DNA of 64,000 nt, from NCBI GenBank assembly GCA_965112155.1, contig OZ218105.1; one strand, written 5' to 3'. The DNA is from Podarcis liolepis. Its lineage: Eukaryota. The notes beneath the pieces are model-generated. The model was not told the origin of the DNA. It saw only the letters and a program-made list of their open reading frames with translations, and made no database searches. Position numbers and translations under genes: made by a program. Of the stretch, positions 1 to 12,099 are shown piece after piece; position 1 is the first letter of the stretch; every line of letters begins with the position of its first letter.

Positions 1-2205
1 CCAAAGTCCAACACTCCAGCCCCTTCTGAGGCAACACTTCTTTATTTATTCATTCCATTTATACCTTGCCTTTTCTCCCAAAAGAGCCCAAAGTGGCAGA
101 CACCATAGTGATAACACTATACAATTAGACATAAACATTTAAAAACCATCTAAAGCAGTGATCAAAGCAGCTAATCCTCCTCCCCTTTTGGATTTCTTAC
201 CCACTTTTGACCACAAGGTCCAGCGTGGGTAACAACCGCATACAGATACAGTATTAAAAGTTATTTATTTCAATTATAAGTCACTTCCCAGGAGGCACCC
301 CAAAATGATTTGCCACTTATGCAGCACATGCATAAAATGAATAAAAATCTAAATACAGACACTAGTTAGGATTCAAAAAAAATATGTTTACTGGGAGAAA
401 TGCAGTCTAAAATGCTGAGAAATTTTCAAGAGCACTTTGCAAAGGGGTGTGGAAATGTGGTAAACTGAAGTTAATATTGGAAAAATGAGAAACCAAGAGC
501 AACTGAAGTTGACAGATTTGTCCATCTGTACTTGTAAAATGTGCCTGAGTCTTGCTTTCCTATTATGTGCTAGCATATTTAGACCCCAGAGAGCTGATTT
601 GTAATCTAACTCCTCAATTTACACCACTGTGGCTATTGCAGAAGTATGAAAAGGCTATGTTATTTATGTGGCCTGGAGTGCCAGTAAGATTTTAAAAGCA
701 GAAAATATGACAGACCAGATCATTCCCTACAGTTTACACATTGGATTATGCTTTTGCTTTGCTTTTTCTATGGTCAATGAATTCAGATGAATACTTTGTT
801 CCTTGACCAGCCAGTGTTTATTTCACCACTAAAGAACATGACATAGAAATATACAGCCAATCAGTCATAGATAAGTGCCCACGTCGGCAACAACATATTG
901 TTATAAAAGTGCAGGGATTCAAATAATTTCTGTTCAGAAGTGATCAATGCAGCAGCAACATTTCAGCACCTGAAGTATTTTATGATCCTCAGGAAAGGTA
1001 CACATTTAAGTGCTGGAAAACAGCTGTTTAAAAGATAAATTTCAAGGCCAGTATATTGAACTTAAAGAGCAAAATTTAAAATAGCCCATAGGAGAAGCTG
1101 TCCATCAAGGTGCATACAAATCCATGTTAAAAGTAAAGTAAACGGAACATAGCAACACAAAAGCTGGCAGAGTGAGAACAAATCTAATTCTAGGGTTGGC
1201 CTTTTTATATTTTTTTGCCTTTTACAGGCAAAAAATGGAAATTTCTACGGAGTTTTATATGTGATTGAAACCTTTTTTAAATGGTTCTATGTGTAGTGTG
1301 AATGTATAGCTGAGAGAAGAAAGGAATATAAAGCATATAAATTCTCCACATCCTAAATGGATATTTGCAGAGATATGCTTCTGAATTTCATTATCGGCTG
1401 TAATGCCTACCATGAAAAAGGCGTTCTTTCTGTGTATGCCCCATGCTTTTGGAATGTGTTAAGAGAGAACCATCTCTCAGCGCTATTGTGAGGACATGAT
1501 AAAGGCTGCAGAACGCTTGGAAAATCAGAAGCATTCCACAAACGATGATGGCTTTGTGTCTTGAGTGGAGCTACACACAAAAAAGGAATGGTCAGCAAAT
1601 CACTCGCTACAAATAACCCTGCAATTTCAGGTGCCTTTCCAAAGCCTGAAAACAACACAGTGTGCCAAAAACGTTTTATCTCTGGACTATATCTGCACTA
1701 TTCCTTCATTGCACTGCTGTCATTGGCTGTTTCCAAGGCTCTAGAGGTTAGGAGTGGGGGGAAGGAAAAGGAGGAAAGTCTTGTCTGTAGTAAATTCCTT
1801 GGGGAGAGGCCTTGTTGGTGGTGGCGGCGAGAAGGGTCACTCTGTGTGACACTTTCCCCATTGAGAGGGGGGAAAGTGGTTTAATATAGTGACAGACATT
1901 TGAGTGAAACAGGGGTACAGGGACACCAATAGGAAAAAGTGGTGGTTTGAAACAACAGCAGAGGTTTGAATAAAGCAGGGATGGAGAAACACTGAGGGTG
2001 TGTGTGTTTTTAACAGTTATTAATAATAGCAAAAATGGGTATACCACAGAAAGTAAGACAAAAATGCTAACACCACTAAGCCTTTCCCAACTTCTTCTTG
2101 CTGTATGCAAACCTTGCTTTAAACTGCTAATCTCCCCTCAGTGTAACTCCATCCCTGTTTTCATTAAACTCCTGCTGTTGTTTGGTAGTTTTTTAAAAAA
2201 AAGAA

Positions 2206-2330
2206 AATGAAGGACCTACTGGATGAGACCAAAGGGCTATCTAGTGCCACGTTCTGTTCCCTCAGAGGCCAACCAGATGTCTATATGAAGCCCTCAAGCA
2301 GGATGAAAGCACAATAGCACTCTCTTGTTC
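2206..2330 (-). mobile_element. CR1 LINE 3' tail fragment (degraded)
   Basis: Reverse complement resembles the CR1 3' ends at 10470-10983 and 40365-40730 (ctggatgagaccaaaggg...ctagt...ggccaaccagatg). Confidence 0.6.
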
Positions 2331-2369
2331 ACACTCACTAGCATACTTTCTCTGATCCTGGAGGAGTTC

Positions 2370-2549
2370 CCTGAGAAGAGGGACTGAGTGTTAAATCACT
2401 CAAGAAATTGTAGCTCTGTGAGGTAAATTGGAGTCTCCTAACAGCTTTCAGCACCCTTAACAAACTGCAGTTTCCAGGATTTTTTGGACGAGGCCATGAC
2501 TGCTTAAAGTGGTATGGTGCCTCCTTAAAAGTATGGTGCAGATGAGGCC
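2370..2549 (-). mobile_element. Non-autonomous DNA transposon (Harbinger-like MITE) fragment
   Basis: Reverse-complement similarity to 6653-6985 and 13588-13820 (tgtagctctgtgagg, ctcctaacagct, aacaaact(g/a)cag, tatggtg..gatg.ggcc). Superfamily is inferred. Confidence 0.55.
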
Positions 2550-3208
2550 TAACAGTGAACTGAAGGGCAAGGATGCTCATTGGCTTCATAGGGCAGCATT
2601 TATCGGATGAAGAAAATGAAAAGGAAACCAAACACCAGATCTCTTTTCTTCTCTTCTCTTCTGCTGATCATGCTTTACTACTATAAAACTGTAAAACCAA
2701 CAAGTGTCGCGTCAGTATTCCGAAAAAGCCGAAGTGTTGACAGACTGTTAATATGGTAATGAATCATTATATATTATTTCCTCGTATGCATTTGTTCAGC
2801 ATTCCAAATGAATTATCTTCACTCGCCCACAACTGTTTGTGAAAGAAAAAACAAAAACAAGGGAGCAAAGAGAAAAAGAGCGAATTTAATGATTTCCTTA
2901 GTCATGAAAGCATATTGTCTCTAAACACAATTTGTTCCTAGCCTAGTAGCTATTGTGGGTAGTCATCTGAAAGGAGTCTAATCAGCAAAATAAGCTTCTT
3001 TAACAGGGTACATAATTATCTTACCCCGTAAAAGCAAAACTGCTAATCCACAAGTAGATTTGGAGTTGAGTGCAATGCTTTTATGTTTCAGTACATTTTG
3101 GATATATTTCTTCAGGAAATTTCAGGTATCATTGTACTATATACACTAGCTCAGAAAGAGCTTAGAAGTAAAAAAATAAAATATGGACCCCAATCCATTG
3201 AAGGTGGT

Positions 3209-3210
<2 letters not shown>

Positions 3211-3251
<41 letters not shown>
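3211..3251. repeat. (CA)n microsatellite
   Basis: Direct read. Confidence 0.98.
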
Positions 3252-3255
<4 letters not shown>

Positions 3256-3299
3256 TTCTCTGCTGGATCAGGAACCATGCAGTGAAATGTGATGTCAGT

Positions 3300-3775
3300 T
3301 GTAATCCTATATGCCAGGGGGGTGGGGGTGGGGAATCCAGGGGCCAGACCCAGACCACTCTACTTAGCCCTCTGTACTCTCACCAGGCTACTCCTTTCAC
3401 CGGCTCTGCTTTGTAACTCCAAGTGTGTGGCTGTGTGGCTGGGATGGACTCTTAAACTCTGACAGTGCCTCTTGCTTGTCTGTGTAGAGCAGCCTTTCTC
3501 AACCTGTGGGTCCCCAGATGTTGTTGAACTACATCACCCCTAGCTAGCAACACCAGAGTTCAGGGATGATGGAAGTTGTAGTCCAATAACATCTGGGGAC
3601 CCACAGGTTGAGAACCGCTGGTGTACATAGGATTTTGTCTGTGTGAAGAGAAACCAGTGTACTCTACAAAGCTAAAATTTACAGCTGTTATACCACTCAG
3701 TTTTGACTCTGGCTATGCCCACTTGTGGCATGTGTCCTCTGGAAAGTTGTCCAGAAGGGAATGTGACCTAAAGGA
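3300..3775 (+). mobile_element. Old non-autonomous DNA transposon (hAT-like), host to a younger MITE
   Basis: Shares motifs with 12840-13160 (+) and 9296-10450 (-): gcatgtg.cctctggaaagtt..ccagaagggaatg. Boundaries are approximate. Confidence 0.5.
3490..3620. mobile_element. hAT (Charlie-type) palindromic MITE
   Basis: TIRs cagcctttctcaacctgtgggtccccagatgtt / aacatctggggacccacaggttgagaaccgctg; 8-bp TSD gtgtagag / gtgtacat with central TA. Confidence 0.85.
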
Positions 3776-6652
3776 GAGTTTTGCTGAACATGTGTGCTAG
3801 GCTCATACCTTAGCATTTCCATATACAAAAATTATATATCTTTACATTCATTTTCTGGCCTCTTCAATTCATTGCCCCTCAGAAAAAAATTGTAAGACTG
3901 TTTCTAATTGTTGTGAGTCACCTAGGGACCATTTGGCAGATAACAAATAAAATTAATGATGATGGTGATAAAAAACCAAAAATACCACTTAATTAGAATA
4001 AATATTTTATATTGCTAACTTTATTATTGGATAGCAGCACATTACGTGTTTACCAGAAACAATGGAAATAAAGCATATTGACTCATTAGAGGAGAGAGCA
4101 GTGGGATGATAGCCTGGCCAAGAGGAGGTTCCTGGGCAGATCCAGCCATATATCAATCAACCGAGAAGGTAGTGTCAGACTGGAGCTCCAGAACCTTGGA
4201 CAGCTCTAAGTCAACAACCTGTGCAGCCTCTTCACATGTTATCCACACGCAGGGATCAAGACATGAAGACTGGAGAGTGGAGCCACAATTTGGGCCCCAG
4301 ACTCAGACATGCTGATGCTCCAGGAAGTACATATTTTGGAGTGGAAGTCTGTTGGGAGTCATTATTTCTGATGAAATACATGTGCACAGCTGCTCACAAA
4401 GAAGTTTCTACATGATTTGGACTTTGTGTTGCACAGGGGTCCCCATCAAGTTGTAGCTGCTCACCATATGCCTGTCCTAAAAAACAGTGATTCATTTTTG
4501 TGTCAGCAAATGCACATGTTTTATGGCAGCTTTCTGCTTTTTACCACAAGCTGTATAAACATTGTTATTACATTACAGTGGGACAGTTATATAATGTGTT
4601 TACAGTTGATAAGTATTATCTAATTTTAAACTGTAATTATATGCTGGCTCTCAGCATTTTTAAAGTAGGAGGTACTGTGTGCCATAAAGCTTTAATAGGA
4701 TGTAAAATGCTTCATTAAGCATTATCTAACATGTCGAGGACAAAATGCAGGCTAAAGATGTTCTACTTCAAATTTTATTCTACTTTCCTCAAGCATCATA
4801 TGTTTAATTACACTCCCCAGTGATTAATTTCCACACTTAAATGAAAGCACAAAATGAAGTTCTTCACTTTGGAACATAAACGCATTGCAGAGTTTGAAAA
4901 ATAACAGAGGAGCAAAATCCCACTGCACCAGAGAGGAGTGCTCAGAAAATGGCCAATGCGGTTGTTGTCATGGACAATCTCTGGCTCTTCATTGACCTCT
5001 CTACACCAGCTCTCTATGAATAACAGGGTTACACACACACTCCGTCAGTCGGGACAAATCAGTGTTATTCGATTTGGAATCCTTGTGTCAAGAGCTTCAA
5101 CATAGTTTGGTTTGGGGTTTTTTGTTTGTTTTCATTTGGGTGGGAAGAGAATGAGAAGCTCCAAACTCAACCTCATCACAACCACAAATCAATTCACCTC
5201 AGGAAAATGACTAGGAGTGGCTCAACTGCAATGCACCTTTGGTGATTTGCTCCTTTCACATCAGACAGCTGTGACTAGAAGTAGGACGAAGATTGGTGTT
5301 ATTTGCCCAAGTGGAGACCCATGTGGGGATGAAATCTACTGACTCATTTGATCCTTTGCCACCTTGCTTTTCAGTAGCTTTGGTGATAGCAGATTTATTA
5401 TTTTTCTTTTTCATTTCGGTGGCCTTCAATTCCCATCTGTCTCATGGATGGACGAATCTGTCAGTTTGGCCTTCTCTCAGTCTCCAGTTTTTCACCCCCT
5501 TTCTGAACGTGTGTGAATTTGTTTTTTAAAAGCCCAAAAAAACTTCTGCCTGATAATGTTTAATGTATTTCTTCTGATATGAATATTTTGTCTAGTATGT
5601 ACAATTTTGTCCAGCGTATGCATTTGCACAAGCTCTTTTCTACTGACTGGATGCAATTTTGTAATCTCCCCCCTGCTGGATACATTGTTGTGTGCATTCT
5701 TTGGTTGGAGAGCTGCATTGATAGATTCAGAGAAGTGAACATTTCAAAGAAGAGATGTACTTTAATTCACATGTTGGTTGAGAACAGTGAGTATGGCATC
5801 TCCACATCAAGATGTGAACAAAATGAATTTCTCTGCAGTCCTTACTCCATCTCCCACAATGCCTCTAAATGATGCTATATCAAGTGTCATTCACAAGGGC
5901 TTTCTAGGGCAAGTGCAAAGCAGGAGGTGACATCCCCTTTGTCCCAGAATGAAACTCCAGGATGCTATTACATCTCCCACAGGCCAATTATAAGGGGGAA
6001 ATTATGTAATAGCTTCTCTCAGAGGGGGATTACAGGGAAGAAAATGTAGCTGCCTGCTGTGGGTCACTGAGAGAAATGACTCTGCCTGGGTGATAAATTT
6101 AATGCTCATGAAAATCTGCTGCCACAAAAGTTCACCAAAATTTCTATCTACTTTGGCAAAATGGGAAGGGTGTGTATTTGCTCATTCCTAGCTATTGTTC
6201 TCTGCTATCCCTCATATCTAAATTTGCTGAAAGAGATGCAGGATTCCCCCTACTTCCTTCTCCCTCCAACCTTCTCAGACATTTTCACTCACTTTCCACA
6301 ACAGTACTGCTGGAGGGAGAAAATTAGTTTTTAGTCTACTTAGGGAAGCTGAAATGGAAGACAGAGGACAAGAAGCCTCTCACAAAATGACCCATTCCTT
6401 GAAGTGTAGCTCTGCAGGTTGTGATGGAGGTTATGAAACCAGAACACTCCATTCACAGCCAACCATTGCTGAATGCGACACCAACAACACCTCCCTGTCA
6501 AGTGCAAACATCCCACTGTTACCTCCCAATACTTTGTCCTCCTTTCTCTCTCTGGTCTTAAACCCCCACCCATGAACTTCATTCCTTCAGCTCCATCACC
6601 CCCAGACACCTGAAAGTCTTCTGCACTCTCAAATTTTCTGCTCTTTCTGCCT

Positions 6653-6985
6653 TGGACCACATCCATGCCATACATTTAAAGCACCAGTGCTATTTTTCTA
6701 AAAAAAAGGTCCAGAACTCACCATAAATGCTTCCCTTGTTCTCTTATAATGGCAATGGCCTACCTGAGAGGTGCCGGAACTGTGTTCTGGTGAGTTCTGC
6801 CTGAAAAACACACACCCTGTAAAGCACTATTATATCGTTTTAATAGCGACAGCTTCCCCCAAAGAATCATGGGAGCTGTAGTTTGCTAAGGGTGCTGAGA
6901 GCTGCTATGAGACCCATATTCCCTCTACAGAGCTACAGTTCCCAGAATTCCCTGGGAAGAGGGACTGGCTGTTAAACCACTCTGT
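6653..6985 (+). mobile_element. Harbinger-like MITE fragment interrupted by a hAT MITE
   Basis: Similar to 13588-13820 and 2370-2549; the sequence continues across the 6685-6819 insertion. Confidence 0.6.
6685..6819. mobile_element. hAT-type MITE
   Basis: Ends cagtgc...caccctg; exact 8-bp TSD taaagcac (6677-6684, 6820-6827). Confidence 0.8.
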
Positions 6986-8014
6986 TGTTACTGCTAGAGA
7001 AGACTATCATGGCTACCCCTCTGGAACTTCTTCACTAGTTGCCCTTGGATCCTGCATCTAGCATTCCTTGCCAGATACCTATACTGATGTCCCTGGAGAT
7101 GTGGCTAAATGTGTTCAGAGTATTCCAACTAGTCATCTTCCTTCCTGAGTTTAATCCAATGCTGAGTAATTTTTTCTTATCTGGAAGACTTCACACAACT
7201 GCTTGCGATAGGTTCAGTCCCAGATGGGATTGTAGTGCCATGCCAGATCGAACAGCTTCTCTTAATAAGAAAGGAGCTGTCACTTAACAGGGATGTTCAA
7301 GTTTGTGTTTGCTGAAATGGTTGTTTCCATGGCTACAAACTGTATGTGTGTCTGGCTCTCAGCATGGCTAAGGGAAGAAAACCATTGGTTTCGAGCATGT
7401 CTAGTTTTATTGTTTTGTTTTAACAAAGACGTAAGTACGAAGTCCTGATTTACGACACATTTAACATCCTAAGCTAACCACCTGATCCTAAGAATACTCA
7501 CACTGAAATATTGCTTGAAATTGGGCTAACTTCCTATTAAGTGCACTTGGGGCTACACTACTTTTGTTTCTTTTCATAAGCAGTTCCCAAATAACCTTTC
7601 TTTTGTTTCACAGTTCTTTGTTTTGTCCTGAGTGTACCGCAGCCCTTGCATAACCCAGCACATTAATTCAGCTGCTTAGAAACACATTATTCTTTATATA
7701 TTACAGAGAAGAAGTAAATGGTATTTTGGAAAGCCATTTGAATTAAATAAGCACAGGTGTGCATAAAACAATGTCAGTTTTCTCCTGGCTGGCGGGCTCC
7801 TTCCAGTCCATCTTGATATAATGAAACAGAGTGTATGGATGGTGGAAGCAGCCCATGTTTTGGCACCAGCATGATGTCTGGTTAATTACGGTACTTATTT
7901 TGTTCATTGGTATTACAAAGGCAACCCAAAGCAGAATGACAAGAAAATGGCTCGCCCAGAGCAAACCATGGTACAGTAGATAGAACAAAAGGTAGTTCCC
8001 ATTAGAATGGCTAA

Positions 8015-8555
8015 AAATAATAATGATGGCTACTAGTTACAGTATGATGGCTATGTTCTACCTGTTGGGATGCGTCCAGGGAGACGGGGGCATTTGGCAG
8101 GCCCCCAGCTGGCTCCAGCCACCGGCCGGCAGCCGGGCAAACTTCAGTTCTAGGATCAGTATCAATCAGTGACTCAAGCCTCAGAAGCATGCTCTTATCA
8201 GCAGAGTGAATAACTTTTTACAATGGAAGTGGCAGACAGAGACATGTGTAATCATATTTACAGCATTTTATTCAGCATCAGGGGAAAAAAACCAAAAACA
8301 TGTCTGCTTCCCTTCATGTCCCAGCAAACAGAAGAAGAACAAAAGCAATATACAATGGAAGTTCCCAGTAGGCTGTGCTGGAATGTAAACAGACATGTGA
8401 CATACAACAATCCACACATCTGTTCTAAAGGTGGAATGAAACTATATCCTAAGACTACCTCCACTGTCAGAGGCAGTATGCTTCTGAATGCCAGTTTCTG
8501 GAAATAATGAGTAGGAGGAATGCTGTTGTGCTGAGATCTTCCTTTTGGACTTGTG
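8015..8555 (+). mobile_element. CR1 3' tail fragment split by a solo LTR
   Basis: gatggctatgttctacc|tccactgtcagaggcagtatgcttctgaatgccag rejoins across the insert and matches the other CR1 tails in the window. Confidence 0.7.
8063..8454 (-). mobile_element. Solo LTR (probably Ty1/copia type)
   Basis: Ends tgttgg...cctaaga (about cctaaca); exact 5-bp TSD ctacc (8058-8062, 8455-8459); AATAAA on the - strand near 8268; motif catgtga..tacaacaatcc shared with LTR 20239-20661. Confidence 0.7.
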
Positions 8556-8563
8556 GTCCTTCC

Positions 8564-9170
8564 TGTCAGGGACTGGCTGGCTGAGGAAGAGTGGTGGGTT
8601 CCACCTGCCCAAGAGGACACAGGGAGGACACAGAAGATGACCTAGATCCTGGATTGTGGTGGTGGAATGCTTAAGAGCAGTTTGGGGAAGGGATGAGCAA
8701 GAAGCAGGGGATTTGAGTGATCAAGGGTGGTGGTGGTCAGGAGAAGGAGGGCTTTCTAAGACAGGGTTAGAGGCTGAGATTCATAGTGTGAACACAGACT
8801 TAGACAGAAGCAAGTCTTAGGTTGCCCCTGCTACCCAGCAGCAGGGCAGTCCCAGTCCTTCTGTATCTCCTTCCCCTCTGACACACTGCTCTAGGAGAGT
8901 CCTGCATGTTGCTGAGCAACAGGCCAGACAGGCCCAGAGGAGGAGCCCATCCTCTTGATGCAGCCTTTGTCTGCTTGGGAGGGATCCAAAGTGAGAGGCT
9001 AGAGGGGGAAGGGTGGGGCTAGTGGTCAGTTTCAGCAACGTCTCAGCTGGATTAAGTAGAACCAGAGGACTCTCTTGCTATTTCTGTTAATAAAAAGCTA
9101 ATTGCATTCTGTGTCTCCTGTTCTTCCTTGCCCTGTGGCTGACCTGGGCACGCTTGACAGCTCCTTGACA
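8564..9170 (+). mobile_element. Solo LTR (Gypsy-like)
   Basis: tgtcag...ttgaca termini; AATAAA near 9089; near-TSD cttcc/ctgcc; 5' end resembles the reverse complement of the right end of LTR 9512-10362. Right end could alternatively be 9159. Confidence 0.6.
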
Positions 9171-9511
9171 CTGCCTGTCCACTATATTAATTTTTATTCC
9201 CAAGAGTAATCAGAAGGTTAATTCTAACAACTATTTATTCTCTTGTTCTTCTATAGGGATTTTCATTGTTGCGATCACTGTACGCTAAGTTTCATGGCAA
9301 GGGTGGGGGAACTTTTTCAGCTGCAGGACCATGTTCCCTCATAAGCAGTTTTTCAAAGCCTGCATGCCAGTTGTGGATCGGTTGGAGCAACATGTTATGT
9401 TTGCCTTTGTACAGTAGGGTTCCTCTACCATCACCCCTTCAGAATCTCCATCCTCCAGCTAAGCAACATAGATAACAATTCATGAATACATTCCAGTCAT
9501 GCCGAAGTACC

Positions 9512-10362
9512 TGTCAGGATGCTGTCAGCGACTCCCAGCTGTTGCCCAGGAGAGTATAAAGACAAGAGAAGATTTCTTACCACCATTTTTTTAGTCAGTA
9601 TTTACAGAGAGAGGCTATAAAACCCAGTCTCTTGGATAATGACGTTGTCCCGAGTGAATCGCCACCCCCTGTCTCTCCCACTTCCTCATCTACGTGCTCT
9701 CTGTCTTTGAGCTCTTTGCGCTCCTACTTTCAAGGCTTGCTGGGTTCTGGGAGACGGAGGGTCTGGAATGCTTTCTAATGACGTGTCAGCCAGGTGGTGC
9801 TCTGGCTATTCCATGATTTCCCAACTTCCCCCCTCATCTGCCTCTGAGCTGTGACCTCCCTTAAACCTGTCACGGTACGGTTCACAGGCAATCAAAGTCC
9901 CGGCAGGGGATGTCAGGTCTGGGGGCAAGATAGCGGGGTGGGAGCAGGAACGGGGGTCCAGAAGCCAAGAGTCAGGAAGCCAAGAGTCCAAGGGTCAGAG
10001 GCCTGGGAGTCAAGAATCTGAGGGTCTGAGGATCAAGAAGCCAAACACAGCAAGGCAGGAAGCGTGTTGCTGCGGGAAAGAGCCGAAGGGAAATGCTGAC
10101 CTTATATCCCTTCCCAGCTCTTGCCACCAGGTGCTGTGAGTTACCAATCAGCCTCCCCTGTGAGGCTGCACCTTGCCTCTTCAGAACAAACTTAGGAAGG
10201 CCCCAGTCCTGCAAAGTCCTATTGGTCACAGGGCCTAGCTCCTGCATGCACACCTGACAAAACCCCTGTTGTAAATCTATACTGTCTTCCTCTTCTTCCT
10301 CCCCGGAAGAGTCAGACTGGGGAGGCGGTCTCCACCATTCCTCCTCTGCCCAGTACCTGACA
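9512..10362 (-). mobile_element. Solo LTR (Gypsy-like) carrying a nested LTR
   Basis: tgtcagg...cctgaca inverted termini; exact 5-bp TSD gtacc (9507-9511, 10363-10367). Confidence 0.8.
9868..10259 (-). mobile_element. Nested solo LTR (Gypsy-like)
   Basis: tgtcac...cctgaca termini; exact 5-bp TSD aaacc (9863-9867, 10260-10264); TATA-like ggatataagg on the - strand near 10100; short internal tandem repeats (gaagccaagagtc). Confidence 0.8.
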
Positions 10363-10469
10363 GTACCTGATGGAGCTGGGCTGATGTGGCTTGGGAAGAG
10401 TCTTGAGGGTTAGATGGAGAGGCATGGAGGATCCTCAGGTTCCCACCCACAATCTATGGACATCTGAAG

Positions 10470-10983
10470 GGGATTGATCAAGGGGATGGAGTGAATTCCC
10501 TATAAGGAAAGGTTGCTGTGTTAGAAACTTTTTAGCTTAGAGAAAAGGCTTATAAGATGTGACAAGGCAGAAGCTTTTCTTATTATATGTGGCATGAAGA
10601 AAGTGGCCAGGGAGAAGTTTTTCTCATTACACTAGAACTCATGGACATCCAATGAAGCTGAATGTTGGCAGCTTCAGGATGGGTAAAAGAAAATACTTCT
10701 TCATGCAGGAACTCACTTTCACAGGAGGCAGTGATGGCCACCAAGTGGGATGGCTTTAAAAGAAGATTAGACATATCCATGGAGAGGGTCATTGATGCCT
10801 ATTAGCGACAATGGCTATGCTCTGTCTTCGCAGTTGGTGGCAGCAATGCTTCTGAATACCAGTTCCAGGAAACCACAGGAAGGGAGAGTGCTGCTGTGCT
10901 CAGATCCTGCTTGCAGGTTTCCTACAGCCACCTGGTTGGTCACTGAGAGAATGAGATGGTAGACTGGGTGGGCCATTGGACTT
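10470..10983 (+). mobile_element. CR1 LINE 3' fragment
   Basis: CR1 end motifs (aaaatacttcttcatgcag, gaggcagtgatggccacc, ggctttaaaagaagattagac) plus 3' UTR; the last bases resume at about 11593 after the L2 insertion. Confidence 0.8.
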
Positions 10984-11546
10984 ACGGGGTCCTTGCTGCG
11001 GGATCACATTCATCCAGTGCTTTACCAACTGCACTGGCTCCCAGTGGAGTACAGGGTCAGGTTTAAGGTGCTGGTTTTGACCTTTAAAGCCCTATGCGGC
11101 CTAGGACCCACGTACCTATGGGACCGCCTCTCCCGGTATGCCCCGTGGAGGACCTTAAGGTCCACAAATGACAACATTTTGGAGGTCCCAGGTCGCAAGG
11201 TGGTTAGATTGGTCTCAACTAGGGCCAGGTCCTTTTCAGTGCTGGCCCCGACTTGGTGGAACGCTCTGTCATAAGAGACTAGGGCCCTGTGGGACTTGAC
11301 ATCTTTCCACAGGGCCTGCAAGACAGAGCTGTCCTGTCTGGCCTTTGGTTTGGGCTCAGTCTGACCCTTATGTTTCCCTCCCCTTATGGTTTTGATCTAT
11401 GGGCTACTATTAAAATGAGACTGCATTATAAATTGCATTTTAACCTGTATTTTAAATTGTCCCCCCCCCATTATTTTTTACTGTAATTTTACTGGTGTTA
11501 ACTGCCCTGAGCCCGGCTCTGGCTGGGGAGGGCGGGGTATAAATAA

Positions 11547-11593
<47 letters not shown>
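10981..11593 (+). mobile_element. L2 LINE 3' end with (TTA)n tail
   Basis: ORF2 C-terminus RDHIHPVLYQLHWLPVEYRVRFKVLVLTFKAL...APTWWNAL, the typical L2 HWLP/WN.LP motifs; 3' UTR and (TTA)n at 11550-11593. Confidence 0.92.
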
Positions 11594-11594
<1 letters not shown>

Positions 11595-11677
11595 CCAGCT
11601 GCTTGTTCATATATTCTTAGTGGGCAATCTGGGGCTCCATATTCAACACACAGGGGGTGGGGGGAAAAGCAACCCAT

Positions 11678-12047
11678 TCTGGTGTTGACCTTTAAAGCCC
11701 TAAACGGCCTCGGCCCAGTATACCTGAAGCAGCGTCTCCACCCCCATCGTTCTGCCCGGACGCTGAGGTCCAGAGCCGAGGGCCTTCTGGCGGTTCCCTC
11801 ATTGCGAGAAGCAAAGCTACAGGGAACCAGGCAGAGGGCCTTCTTGGTAGTGGCGCCTGCCCTGTGGAACGCCCTCCCATCAGATGTCAAAGCGATGAAT
11901 AACTACCTGACATTTAGAAGGCATCTTAAGGCAGCCCTGTTCAGGGAAGCTTTTAATCTGTGATACTTTACTGTATTTTTTGTTTCTATGGAAGCCGCCC
12001 AGAGTGGCTGAGGAAACCCAGCCAGATGGGCGGGGTACAAATAATAA

Positions 12048-12097
<50 letters not shown>
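11678..12097 (+). mobile_element. L2 LINE 3' end (second subfamily) with (TTA)n tail
   Basis: LTFKALNGLGPVYLK...APALWNALPSDVK...FRRHLKAALFREAF; tail ends at 12097. Confidence 0.92.

Positions 12098-12099
<2 letters not shown>

Larger units (their letters stand above)
9296..10450 (-). mobile_element. Old hAT-like non-autonomous element interrupted by nested LTRs
   Basis: Flanks 9296-9511 and 10363-10450 resemble the reverse complement of 3300-3775 and 12840-13160. Confidence 0.5.

Noticed and set aside
5660-5682. CTCF-like motifs (also about 18438 and 26061)
   Set aside because: Only partial matches to a degenerate motif; not distinguishable from chance without data.
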